DNA of 64,000 nucleotides from Octopus bimaculoides (taxonomy: Eukaryota): positions 20,178,901 to 20,242,900 of the forward strand of contig NC_068982.1 in NCBI RefSeq assembly GCF_001194135.2, given 5' to 3'. The number at the start of each line of letters is the position of its first letter. Positions within the stretch are counted from its first letter, which is position 1. The translations under genes were made by a program, and so were the position numbers. Below, one piece after another: positions 26,720-39,023 of this stretch. The notes under the pieces were generated by a model that did not search any database, had not been told where the DNA came from, and saw only the letters and a program-made list of their open reading frames with translations.

Positions 26720-26922
26720 ATGGAAAATCATTAAATGACTTTCCCAGTGCGTGCTATTAATTTAGTCATGGCCGGAACCAATTCTGACGGAAACTTATCT
26801 GAGTATCTACGTATAGACGTATAATAATATTTCTTTCCACTTATTATGACGAATATTATTTTCTAGGTACAAGTGTTACATCCTGCATCCTACTGACGAA
26901 AGAGATAAATTTAAGCAATACA

Positions 26923-27160
26923 GGCGGTGAGCTGGCAGAAACGTTAGCACGCCGGGCGAAATGCTTAGTGGTATTTCGTCTGCCGTTGCGTTCTGAGTTC
27001 AAATTCCGCCGAGGTCGACTTTGCCTTTCATCCTTTCGGAATCGATTAAATAAGTACTAGTTACGCACTGGGGTCAATATAATCGACTTAATCCGTTAGT
27101 CTGTCCTTGTTTGTCCCCTCTGTGTGTAGCCCCTTGTGGGCAGTAACGAAATAGGTATTT
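26923..27160 (+). mobile_element. SINE family A (copy left of the 10-N gap)
   Basis: GGCGGTGAGCTGGCAGAAACGTTAGCACGCCGGGCG head, GAGTTCAAATTCC B-box-like motif. Confidence 0.9.
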
Positions 27161-27170
27161 NNNNNNNNNN
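27161..27170. other. Assembly gap (10 N)
   Basis: Run of N between two SINE copies. Confidence 1.
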
Positions 27171-27175
27171 ATACA

Positions 27176-27412
27176 GGCGGTGAGCTGGCAGAAACGTTAG
27201 CACGCCGGGCGAAATGCTTAGTGGTATTTCGTCTGCCGTTGCGTTCTGAGTTCAAATTCCGCCGAGGTCGACTTTGCCTTTCATCCTTTCGGGGTCGATA
27301 AATTAAGTACCAGCTACGCACTGGGGTCGATATAATCGACTTAAACCCTTTGTCTGTCTTTGTTTGTCCCCTCTATGTTTAGTCCCTTGTGGGCAATAAA
27401 GAAATAAGAAAC
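27176..27412 (+). mobile_element. SINE family A (copy right of the gap)
   Basis: 20-bp TSD AGATAAATTTAAGCAATACA at 26903-26922 and 27413-27432 brackets both copies. Confidence 0.9.
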
Positions 27413-28194
27413 AGATAAATTTAAGCAATACAAAATAATCAGTTCATCACTGTATTACCTCTCTACTCCATCAGTTCTTCTGATTGTTGCTCCTCTTTCA
27501 TATTACATCTATCAATAGATATAAAATTATAATAGATAGTATAAAAATGATAGATATAAAATATCGAACTGCATAGAATTTCTAACGCTTATTTTCAAGT
27601 AAAAACATTCATAATAGAAACACCTGCGCTAAAACTTCTGCTTATTCATCATAGTATATTCTACAATAATACAAATATGTAAATAATTTTTTTTTTACAT
27701 ATACAAGTTTATGAGAAAGCAAAAAAAAAAAACAAAAAAAAAACTGCAGCGATTTTCGTAATATAAATGTAATTCATAGTAGTAAACTATTACATCTATT
27801 AAAACAGATGTATTAAACTATATCTTAACCGTATTATCATTGAGAAAATGTTCGAAAATTATATTTATTCGGTGCAAAGTTTGTTTCGGAAAAATATTAA
27901 ATATCGAGTTAATATTATATTTACAAAACGATATCTTATTAAGTGTTATGTAGGTAATGTAGTCGATAAATATTCCAAGTGAGAATCTGATAATTGTTTT
28001 CGAAATTCTAATTATATATATATTCAGAACAGTTATATATAGAAATAAGGAAGCATATATAAATTTAAGATGAAGAACGAATTTCATTGCGAGGGGTAAC
28101 ACTGATTAAATAAAACAAAAGCTCAAAGAATTTCACAAAAAATAATATTAATCAATTTGATAACCTTTTCTACTATACGTGCAAGACCTGATAT

Positions 28195-28380
28195 GTGGGG
28201 TGAGGTGGGTTTATTGAATTATATCCACTACAGTGCTCAACTGGTGCTTATTTTATCGACTCTGAAATGATGAAAACTGAAGTCAACCTCGGGAGAATTT
28301 GAACGCAAAACGTAAAGACGGTAGAAATACTGCTAATCGTTTTGTCTGGCGTGCTAACGATTCTGCCAAGTCGTTGCCTT
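28195..28380 (-). mobile_element. SINE family A, degenerate
   Basis: Reverse-complement head and core recognisable. Confidence 0.75.
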
Positions 28381-28384
28381 TAGA

Positions 28385-28591
28385 TTCAAATTTTGGCACA
28401 AGGCCATCAATTTTAGGCTGAGAGTCAAATCGATTACATCGATCCCAATACTCAACTGGTGCTAATTTTATCGATCCCGCAAAGATGAGAGGCAAAGTCA
28501 TCCTCGAATTTGAACTGGGAATATAAAGTCGGAAGAAATGTTGCGAAACAATTTGTCCAGCGAGCTAACGATCCTGTATACTCACCGCCTT
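28385..28591 (-). mobile_element. SINE family A, degenerate, tandem to the previous copy
   Basis: CACAAGGCC tail through CTCACCGCC head. Confidence 0.75.
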
Positions 28592-29238
28592 TAATCAATT
28601 TAATAGAAATAATGACGATTCGTTGATTATTTATGCCGCAGTAGAACTATAAGTCTACTTTAAGCGACCATAGGGAATTCCTAGAATACAAAACATCGAA
28701 TGACAATAATCTGATAATCCAATAATCTGAGGACGGTGTAATGTTTATTACTAGCAAAGTGAGATGTTGTGTAAATATATTATGATTAACTAGTGTTATA
28801 TTTAGAATGAGGTGCATGGTACCAGTTGGCAACTTTCTCAGATGTATATTTTGTATGACCTAGAGAACCCTAGAGAACCCCTAAAGGTTTAGCAGGAAAA
28901 TATTCTCATTAACTATATTCATGAATATACAAATGATATTTATCTACTCAGATATATATCATATCAGTTGATTGAATAGAACTTTACTATTTACTGAATA
29001 TCTGATATTTACTATAAGATCATGATGACAATATATATTTCCTGTCTTTTAATATATGCGTAAGTAATATATATAGTCGCTTTCCAAATAAATAGATATT
29101 TCATACATGAACACATGCGGCTGCATACATAGACTAAAAAAGAAAAAGAGAGAAAAACAAAACGATAAAGAAGCACAGATATGAAAACATTATAGATGTA
29201 TACAGGCGTACATATATGTGTGTGTGAGTGTGCGTGTT

Positions 29239-29273
<35 letters not shown>

Positions 29274-29502
29274 ATGCACCTGTGTTCGTGTGTATGCGTT
29301 TGGGTTTGTGTATACATATGTTGCTTGAAAAAGTAAATTTATGAGTATACACACATATACAGATACATCTGTCTTTATATCCGACTGTGTGTGATTGTGT
29401 ATAGAAGAACATATAAATCAATGAACTTCCAACTTAGTCTGATTTGCACGCTCTATTTGCAATGTTTACCATTTTTTTATTTTACTACTTTACAATATTG
29501 AA

Positions 29503-29545
29503 ATAAACTAGTACTTTCATGCATTACGCAATCATCAGGTTACGC
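29503..29545 (-). ncRNA. Minimal type-I hammerhead ribozyme motif
   Basis: Minus strand: GTAAC-CTGATGA-T-TGCG(TAA)TGCA-T-GAAA-GTAC-TA|GTTTAT. Intact core, 4-bp stem II, palindromic AGTACT stem III, CUA site, 3-bp (5 with a bulge) stem I. Confidence 0.55.
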
Positions 29546-29569
29546 ATTCTGGAACATGACTGTCACTAC

Positions 29570-29611
29570 ATAAACCTTAAGACTGCGTAAGGCATGAAAT
29601 TACTGGTTCGT
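29570..29611 (+). ncRNA. Decayed hammerhead-like motif (inverted partner)
   Basis: ATAAAC-CTTAAGA-C-TGC(GTAAG)GCA-T-GAAA-TTAC-TG-GTTCGT. Core G5>T, and the cleavage site is mutated. Confidence 0.4.
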
Positions 29612-29879
29612 TTCAATATTACATAATTGCAAAAGTTTACAGTTATAAAATTTTAAAATCGAAAAAAATTGCAAATAATAAAACGTGCAAATTAGACTAT
29701 GTTGGAACTTCATTGATTAATATATGTGTATGAGTGTGTGTGCATGTGTGTGTGTCAGTGAGTGCTTATGCGTATGTGTGTGTGTAGGTGTGTCTGTGTA
29801 TGTATGTGTAAGTATCGCTGTCTACGTATCTATCTATATGTTTATAAATAGTTATATTTGATATAAACAAACATTAGAA

Positions 29880-32670
29880 GCAGCCATTTTGATTCATGAT
29901 TCCTTTGCCATGGATGCCAAGGACATATTTTCCATTGGCTACAGTAAATCCATATTACTATTCAACAAATCTATAACATAACGAATGTCGCTCTCTACAG
30001 GCCTTCCCAAACACCTGTACAGTTCTTTGAAGAGTGCCTCAACAAAATCAAGTCCTACTCTAAAAGTACCGCTCCTCGAACATATTAATGATGGGTGACT
30101 TTTAACTCCTGTATGTGAACTGGCTTACAAATACTCTGAAGATAGGTAACTAGACTATATCAGTGAAGCTGCAGCGGAATTACTATTTAATTTAAAATAT
30201 GAAGTTTTAGTAACCAAACTTGTACTTGAAACAACAAAACAAAACAAAAGTATACTGGACCAAATATTAACAAACAACTCCAGCTCAATCCATGACATTT
30301 CAGTTGAAAAAACAATTCTCTTTAACCACGACATAGCACTCTACAACCTTCGTTTCCTGCATGCCAAATCCAAACCAGTCTCGCTCCATTGCACCTATTC
30401 GACAGCATCAATTTTTACTAAGCACACTGGGGAGTCATAAAAAAAACAGATCTGTCGCTTATTGACTGTTCCTGCACTCACAGTTATTCTGACACTCAAG
30501 CCACATGGCAGCACTTTGAGAGCATTGTCATTTATGCATGCACAAAACATGATCTGACGAAATTCACAAGTGCTAATAGAAATAATTTTCAAAGAGATAG
30601 AAAACAATCTCTCATTAGGAGAATAAATAGAATGAATAAAAAAAAATGCTCCCAGTAACGACGTTGAGCTTGGAAGATCGTTAGCACTCTGGCAAAAATG
30701 CTTAACGGCATTTCGTCCGTCTTTACGTTCAAGTTCATATTTCGCCAGGGTCAAATTTTCCTTAACAGGCGGTGCTCCAGCATGGCCTCAGCATCTGGCT
30801 GAAACCAGTAAAAGATAAACAGCTTCCATATTCAATAGCAATAACAAGGTTTGAATTGGAAAAACGTCATCTGCAGAACAGCATAAATACCGACATCAAC
30901 AATTAAAGAACTGCAAAGGATAACTGGGTAATCAAAAACATCAAACTGAACATGAAAGTGTTCTATTCATAAGCCAACAAACATAAGGCCACTGTCTCAA
31001 CTGTTGGTCCACTGATAGATTATAACAGCATTCTCCACCACGACAGTAAATAAATGATATAAGTACTGCAGAAACAACACCGCTCTGTCTTAATTGAGCT
31101 CATTGATATTCACACAAAGGATCAGAACTAACTCAATCACTAACATATTATCTCTGGCATATCTGTTATTGTCTCAGAAATCGTAGTAACTATAAATGAA
31201 ATAAAGTATTACTCTGCAGTAGGACCTGATCGCTTTCCGTCTTGTGTTCTGAAGGAATACAGATACCAACCTCTGCGACCAACCTCTTGAGAAGTTCTTT
31301 AGACTCAGGCTATATATCAAGTCACTTCTTATCCCAATCTGTCATCCCGGTTTTCAAAAAGGAAAACAGATTTCTTGCATCTACCTATCAATCAGTTTCA
31401 CTTATCTCCCAATTCATCAATGTGTTAGAAAGATGGAGATATCGATGATAACTGGCTTCCAAACATCATGGTTGCGATGCAGCAGGGGCTGCGTAACACA
31501 GTTTTTACATCACATCGATGATGTCCTTAAAGCTTTGGGATATGATTCGAACTCTGGTGTCATATATCTTAACTTCAGCAAAGTGTTCGACAGAGTCGAC
31601 CACAATATCTTCCTGTCAACATTACCGACTCTTTGAATCAAAGTTAAATTGCTACACTTGTTTAAGTATTTCCGGGTAAACAAAATACATGTTGCGATCA
31701 GTAGAATTCATTCAAGCCCAGTATGTGTCACCTGTGGTGTCCCCCTGGGAAGTGTTTTGGGACCGCATCTCTTTATAATATGTATAAACAACATCTCAAG
31801 TGTCATCAAACACTTCAAAATGAAAATATTCACAGATGACTCAAAGCTTCAGAAACTATCAATGGAGAAGTCCGAACTGGACTCTAATCTGATCTAGATG
31901 TAATAAAATGAATGGACAAAAAATAACATGGTTAAATGATTGAAAATTTGATCTCATGCACTTCGGAAAAAAGAATGCGCTCAAAGAAACATATTCCCAT
32001 CCTTCAGGGGAAATACTTACAGTATTCAACGATATCAGTAAGGTAGGAGAGATTGCTCAAAACTATTTCGGATTGAGTGTTCATATCAACAATAAAGTCC
32101 ATATTACTGGCTGGACAAAGTCCCAGATCATCAGAACTTACCGGTCCAGAGAGCAAGATGTCATCATTCCCTTCTACCCTTCCTTCGTATTGAGTCACCT
32201 CAGACAGCATTCACTAAAATAATAAAGGCTTGATCGACCTTGATTATAGGGGCCATCTTGAAACATTGAATCTGTATTCACCCCTGTGTCGTCGCGAGTG
32301 CCACATCATTTGCAAAATGTAGAGAATTTGCCATCAGCATTGCCCAAATGACTCCAACAGATTCAGAATTTATCCAAGGCTAGAGTCACGTGTCACGCCC
32401 CTTGAAAATTTAGGCTCATAACGCTTACATTCATTGTAACATACTTTCCTTTCCCCAAGAGGCTCTGCTGTATTTAACATTATCTCAAAACAAATCAGAG
32501 AAACGTAGACAAATTTCTTAAAGGGACAGCAGATAAGTTACCTGTACCTGGTTACAACTCGCTACATGAATGAGCCATACCACGAAACTGGTCTTAAAAA
32601 TGACTTAACAGATCCTATCAGGTGGTGCTATTAACTTAGACGTTTGGCCAAAACATTTCTAAGTTATCGA
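29880..32670 (+). mobile_element. Decayed CR1-type LINE
   Basis: KSILDQILTNNSSSIHDISVEKT (~30250), GPDRFPSCVLKEY (~31220), VIYLNFSKVFDRVDHNI (~31560), CGVPLGSVLGPHLFIICINNI...KIFTDDSKL (~31730-31850). Confidence 0.9.
30655..30820 (+). mobile_element. Degenerate SINE fragment(s) inside CR1: family A head joined to a family C tail
   Basis: GATCGTTAGCAC...TTTACGTTCAAGTTCA followed by GGCGGTGCTCCAGCATGG...GAAACCAGTAAAAGA. Confidence 0.65.
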
Positions 32671-33963
32671 AGTTATCTAACTTAGATGTAACTCTATTAA
32701 TTCACGTGCATCTGGCTATCGTTTTGTCTGACTGGAAATATTTCACCCTCGCCAACCAGTAATCAGCTCAAAGTTGGACATACACAGGTTTACATACACA
32801 GGTTAACTTTTTCCCTACTCCTCAGGATCCCTGAAATCATTGCCATTATCATCCACATGTGATTCTCTCTGTTTACATAAAACTTACACTGAAGTAGTTG
32901 TTAGAAAGCCATCTGCAAAACGTCTCCTAACAGACGGTTAACGTTCTAGGATAATTTCCTCTACTTACACTAGATTATTTTCCAATATAAATGACACTTT
33001 TCAATAATAAGTAACAATTTGCGCATTTTAAATGATTCTTCTCCAGGCTAACAGAAGTGAGTATATAGTATATAATGATAACGACTTAATATACATTGTA
33101 TGTACAAAGGCACACAGATACGCACATATATGTATGGATCTACACAAACAATGCGTACACATATATATGTAAATATAGGCATAGACATCTATATACATGT
33201 ATATGTATATAGGTACTATATGTTTGTTTGTGTATATGTGTGTATGTGTCTCTGTGTGTATATGTCTGAGTGTGTGCACGCGTTCGGTCTTCTTTCGTGA
33301 GCCTGTTATTTTCTGTTTTGAATGTAACTCAATTACTGGGGAAGTAATTTTAATCTCGCACTTACAATGGGCTAATTTATGATAATCTATGCTTTATCCG
33401 TCTAATACATACATACACACACACTCATACATACATACATATATACATACATACATACATACATACATACATAAATATGTGTGTGTGTGTTCAGTTACTG
33501 CAAGATGTCGATCTACTGTTTAGAGGTTAAAGTAGCTATTTAACCATCACTATCAAGACAATTGACACAATATATTTAAATGATTCGTATTGTTTATTTT
33601 ATTTTTACCATATAGATTGATGAGATATTTGTTTTCATCGTGAGTATATAAAAATATTGTAGAATTATATTGGTTTTTCACGTGATTATCACTACTTTTC
33701 TGCACATAGATCTACTGGAGGGAACCGATTACTGTCACCGGCATATAATTGGTCAATGTCTGTATTTGGTTTGTCAAGTTATTTGATAAATATATATACT
33801 CCGGCTATATTTCAGTTCTTAATTGAATTTTCACAGATGTAAATCTATATCTAACACACTTATCCATAAGAACTGGGAGGAGCATTCAATCTATATATAT
33901 ATACATACTTACATAAACAAACTGACAGATATATTTATACACACACACAGACACAGACACACA

Positions 33964-34013
<50 letters not shown>

Positions 34014-34785
34014 NNNNNNNNNNNNNNNNNNNNNNNNNNNNNNNNNNNNNNNNNNNNNNNNNNNNNNNNNNNNNNNNNNNNNNNNNNNNNNNNNNNNNNN
34101 NNNNNNNNNNNNNNNNNNNNNNNNNNNNNNNNNNNNNNNNNNNNNNNNNNNNNNNNNNNNNNNNNNNNNNNNNNNNNNNNNNNNNNNNNNNNNNNNNNNN
34201 NNNNNNNNNNNNNNNNNNNNNNNNNNNNNNNNNNNNNNNNNNNNNNNNNNNNNNNNNNNNNNNNNNNNNNNNNNNNNNNNNNNNNNNNNNNNNNNNNNNN
34301 NNNNNNNNNNNNNNNNNNNNNNNNNNNNNNNNNNNNNNNNNNNNNNNNNNNNNNNNNNNNNNNNNNNNNNNNNNNNNNNNNNNNNNNNNNNNNNNNNNNN
34401 NNNNNNNNNNNNNNNNNNNNNNNNNNNNNNNNNNNNNNNNNNNNNNNNNNNNNNNNNNNNNNNNNNNNNNNNNNNNNNNNNNNNNNNNNNNNNNNNNNNN
34501 NNNNNNNNNNNNNNNNNNNNNNNNNNNNNNNNNNNNNNNNNNNNNNNNNNNNNNNNNNNNNNNNNNNNNNNNNNNNNNNNNNNNNNNNNNNNNNNNNNNN
34601 NNNNNNNNNNNNNNNNNNNNNNNNNNNNNNNNNNNNNNNNNNNNNNNNNNNNNNNNNNNNNNNNNNNNNNNNNNNNNNNNNNNNNNNNNNNNNNNNNNNN
34701 NNNNNNNNNNNNNNNNNNNNNNNNNNNNNNNNNNNNNNNNNNNNNNNNNNNNNNNNNNNNNNNNNNNNNNNNNNNNNNNNNNNNN
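34014..34785. other. Assembly gap
   Basis: Run of N after (TA)n. Confidence 1.
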
Positions 34786-35116
34786 ACCGCCTTTAGTCGA
34801 ATCAAACCAACCCCAGGATTTATTCTTTGTAAGCCTAGTACTTATTCTATCAGTCTCTTTTGCCGAACCTCTAAGTTACGGGGCTTTAAACACGCCACCA
34901 TCGTTTGAGGGGGGGGGGCAAACACAGATACACAACATATATACACATATATACGACGGGTTTCTTTCAGTTTCCGTCTACCAAATCCACTCAAAAGGCT
35001 TTGGTCGGCCCGAGGTTATAGTAGAAGACACTTGCCCAAGGTGCCACGCAGTGGGACTGAACCCAGAACCATGTGGTTGGTAAGCAAGCTACTTACCACA
35101 CAGCCACTCCTGCGCC
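34786..35116 (-). mobile_element. SINE family C (tail runs into the gap)
   Basis: Matches 21121-21525. Confidence 0.9.
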
Positions 35117-35842
35117 TATGGTTAATAGGTTAAACAAAACAATACTGGGCTCGTTTTCTGCAACTAAACTCTTGAAGGTAATGTTGCAACATAGCCGCGG
35201 CCTAACGACTGAAACATGTAAACAAGATAATACATACATACAAACATATGCTTGTATGTGTATGTGTATGTGTGTGCGTGTGTATGTGTCTGTCAGTGTT
35301 TCTGTTGTCAAAAAAAAATAAATAAACACCGTACCTGAGAAGTTATGAATGAAAACATATTCAGATAGAAAATCTTGAATAATTCCACGAAAATATCATA
35401 CAAAGCAAGCAACGCCCGCATGATGTGACTTAAAAACTTCATATTTGAACTATTTGAAACTATACATTCTAATGCTGGTTATTATCCTAGCAAACAGTAC
35501 AGAAAATTCTAGATCATTTCTCCGCGTATACATTTCATATTAATTTTAAGTGAAATACACATTTTAAGGAGCGTCCGAAAAGTAGAACATTTGCAATTTT
35601 ATTACTTTACACATAATGTACACATACCTATATACGGAATATTTTTCTACCGGTATTTGTTGTCTACATGTTCTATTCATGGTAATTATCGTGGTTTGGG
35701 ATTTAACTCCCATTTTTAGCGTGGTGAAAAACCACTTAGTGGCCTTCCCTCGGTGTATAACTCTTATACACGCATATAATATAATAATATTTATTTATGT
35801 ATATATTTTAAATGTATGCTCGTATGTAAACGTGTATGTATA

Positions 35843-36134
35843 TTTTTTTTATGAGCCTTTTTAAAGCTTACCCAGGCTCACGTGCCCGGTTTCCCGGTTT
35901 CTATGGCATATGTGTTCCCTCCAGCTGGACGGGACGCCAGTTCATCGCAGCGATACTAAAGAGACAGAAAGAAAGAGTGAGAAAAAGTTAGAGCGAAATA
36001 ATACAACAGGGGGCGCCACCTCCCCCCCCCTGCCGGAGCCTCGTGCAGCTTTAGGTGTTTTCACTCAATAAACACACAACCGCAGTCCTCCGACCGCGAG
36101 TCCGCTGCTCTAACCCCTGGGCCATTGCTCCTCC
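35843..36134 (-). mobile_element. SINE family B, tail type 2
   Basis: Matches 11712-12022, with a short deletion in the head. Confidence 0.9.
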
Positions 36135-36319
36135 GTGTATGTATATATGTGTATATATTATACGTAAGTTTCTTCTGTATATGTTGCTCTCATAGTTATT
36201 CGTTGGCATAAAGCCCTCTGCAACTAATTAATCAAAGCTTACTTATCTGTATTCGTATAAATAATGAACGTAATTAGTAGCATACCATCTTGTCCGACTA
36301 CAGTAACCTGTCAGGAATA

Positions 36320-36510
36320 TTAGGATGCCGGATAAAATGGTTAGCAGCATTTCTCTTTTCGTTAGGTTCTGAGTACGAAGTCCGCCGAGATCGACTCAGC
36401 CTCCCAGATTTTTAGAGTCGAGAAAATAAGTAGCAGTTAAGCTCTGTTGATCAATATAAGCGACTTATCCTCTCCACCTAAAGTGATGGCCTTGTGCCAA
36501 CATTTGAAAT
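36320..36510 (+). mobile_element. SINE family A-like, degenerate
   Basis: GTTCTGAGTACGAAGTCCGCCGAGATCGACTCAGCC...GGCCTTGTGCC. Confidence 0.65.
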
Positions 36511-38709
36511 CAATATATTTCCATATTCATGTCTTAGTGCATCTCAATTGTTCTTTTAGTATTTCAAATATACAAAGAAAAATTTGAAATAATTTTATTC
36601 ATGTATGTGGTTAATTTTCTTGCATTGGCCGATCAATCTTCTACTGGATTTTGTACGCATATTATGAATATATTCATATGCATGTTAGTTTCAAACTTTT
36701 AAACAGCAAACTTGGAAATAATATCTTCCACTCGTACTAGTATGGTTAATTGGCGTATTTAATCAATACATTTCTATGGAAATAACAACTATAGACGCCC
36801 ACATGCACAGCACATGTTTTTACCAATTTAATAAAGAAAGCGGAAGACTGATTTAGAACGACATATATTCATGTATAAGTATCCTATATTTTGGAATATA
36901 TGTCAACTTGTGCGTAATAAATTCCCAGCCAGTCTGTCTCTGCCATAATAGGGACTCTGTTATATCTGAATGCATGCCATCGAATGCAGAGCCTTAACTG
37001 TGCGTTTAGTGTTTTTCAATCGCATTTCCAACACATCCACTCACAACATTCCTTGTTCCAGATGTACATTCTCGTAGCGACTGATTTTCCACCAACTGAA
37101 TACCATGGACAGTATAAAATCGGCGATGCTAGTTTTTCAGAGTATTAAAAAATTATTTTTTTCTAAAATTCGCACTATATTCACGTTTCCATTAATTATG
37201 ATTAATGATTGTGTAACTCGTCAGTCAAAGAAGACACAACTTCAGAGCACAGTTATGGCTGGTGAACAAAACCCTAACCGAAGTTATCCTTGTGAGTATA
37301 TTACTGATGCATATTTTGCTGTAATAAAAGCATAAGATCACATAATTGAAGAAGAGAGGTTGGAATATGGGAGTAGTTAACAATTCGAAGGTGTATGATT
37401 AGGGACCACTTGCCAATAGCGGTGTTCCATCTGTTGTAAATAAATGTTATACTATATCTAGTAATTGTAGAAGATATTTTCTGTGTTCCGTGTGTTTGTC
37501 GAGGTATCGATATATTTCTATTGATTTTATCATTTCAGAAAGTATGAAACATAGTTCTAATCCCAACTCTATACTTTCTCGTGTATTGTCGCTACTGTAT
37601 AAATGTTCGCCATTCGTAAAACATTACAATTTTTCGAGTAATCTTAACTTTAGAGAAAGTGATAAGTGACTCTTTTAGCATTTTATATGTAAGTTTCTCA
37701 GAGCCTGTGCTTAAGCTTCAGCTTACAACATCTAACATCAATATAAGAAACTTCGCAAAAATGAACCAATATAGCATGACATTACAATAAATCTTTCAAT
37801 GATTTCTGAATTACGGTAATGTATCTAATTTAAAAACAAATAATTTGATACATTTCAGGCAAATATGGAAACAATAATATTTGAAAATAATTTTTGACGA
37901 GCTATTTAATATAGTTTTATATTTACTATATACTATCTTATATATAGTAAAATATAATGTATTTCACATAGGCCTGCGCTCGTAGAGGGTATCTACAACA
38001 ACGAATGGAGTGTGGGTGAGTGTTAGTCATAGATAGTAAATGCAGATGAGCTGTCGGAAAGGGTTTTCTATGAGGGCTCTATTATGTTAATAAAATAACT
38101 GCAATTTTTTAAACTTAAAATATATACTTTGTTAATTTTACACAGGCACATAGGCATTTATGCACAAACATGAAGATACACACACAAACATAAATATATA
38201 TATGGATTTCAATATTAAGGACTTCTGTTTGCAAAATATCTAAAACGCAGCATTTATAAATTATATATATAATATTAAATTATACATATATGAATAAAAA
38301 CAAAAAAAACTCTGAAGCTTTCATTTTCCTACCTCTATCTCTGCACTTCTTTTCTCCACTTTTATGAAGAGTAAGTAAAAAAAGGAAGAAAAGAAAATCG
38401 ATTAAACGTTTTAAATGAACAAAGATCATCTAGTTTTATGATCTTAAGTTGCGTTGTAATGAAAATTTCCAATAAGAACGAAATAATGTCATATGCAGCT
38501 ACTAGGACATAAAACCCCACCCCAAAACAATGAATTATATGGAAATATTCTTTCATATGTCCTCTCACGAAATAAAAAAATCCTGAATACTTCTCTCCGC
38601 TTAAGGGAAATTTCTCCCACCCTTCTGTTTCTTAGCAAACTCTCTTTCTCTTCTGGAAACAACCGTAAATTGAAGCACCAATAGTTGCCAGTGAAATTTC
38701 ACACGAGTG

Positions 38710-38743
<34 letters not shown>

Positions 38744-39023
38744 CATATAAGTTACAAAAGACTCGATGCAAAACGTGAACCCTTGCTTTTCATTAATCCC
38801 TTTCATCCTTTTCACTTGTGTTATATAAAAATTTATACATGTTATATATTTCAAACTCACCTTGAGAATATGTATTCTAATATATTTTCAGCCGAACTAT
38901 AAGTTATTTATCCTATGAAACCGTATAATTTTATTTTTCATAAGTATAAACACATAAAATAACGCCATTCACTAATTATGTTAAAAAGTAAAATTTCTTT
39001 TAACTATACAAAAAAATACATAA

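Larger units (their letters stand above)
23150..26800 (+). mobile_element. Decayed CR1-type LINE (APE endonuclease plus RT), interrupted by a SINE at 26502
   Basis: LSQLAHVQTKFNKNTLDLVL (~24250), RVLKECRHQLAF (~25175), IKLFVRVVRSQIIHFLERN, DVMYLDVNKAFDKVGH (~25500), SGASQGAVLGPLIF (~25680). Many stops and frameshifts. Confidence 0.85.
29410..29726. mobile_element. Palindromic (foldback/MITE-like) element with ~135-155-bp imperfect inverted arms
   Basis: Left AATCAATGAACTTCCAACTTAGTCTGATTTGCACG versus right CGTGCAAATTAGACTATGTTGGAACTTCATTGATT. Inner CTTTCATGCATTACGCAATC versus GACTGCGTAAGGCATGAAAT. Short unique spacer at ~29541-29569. Confidence 0.85.
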
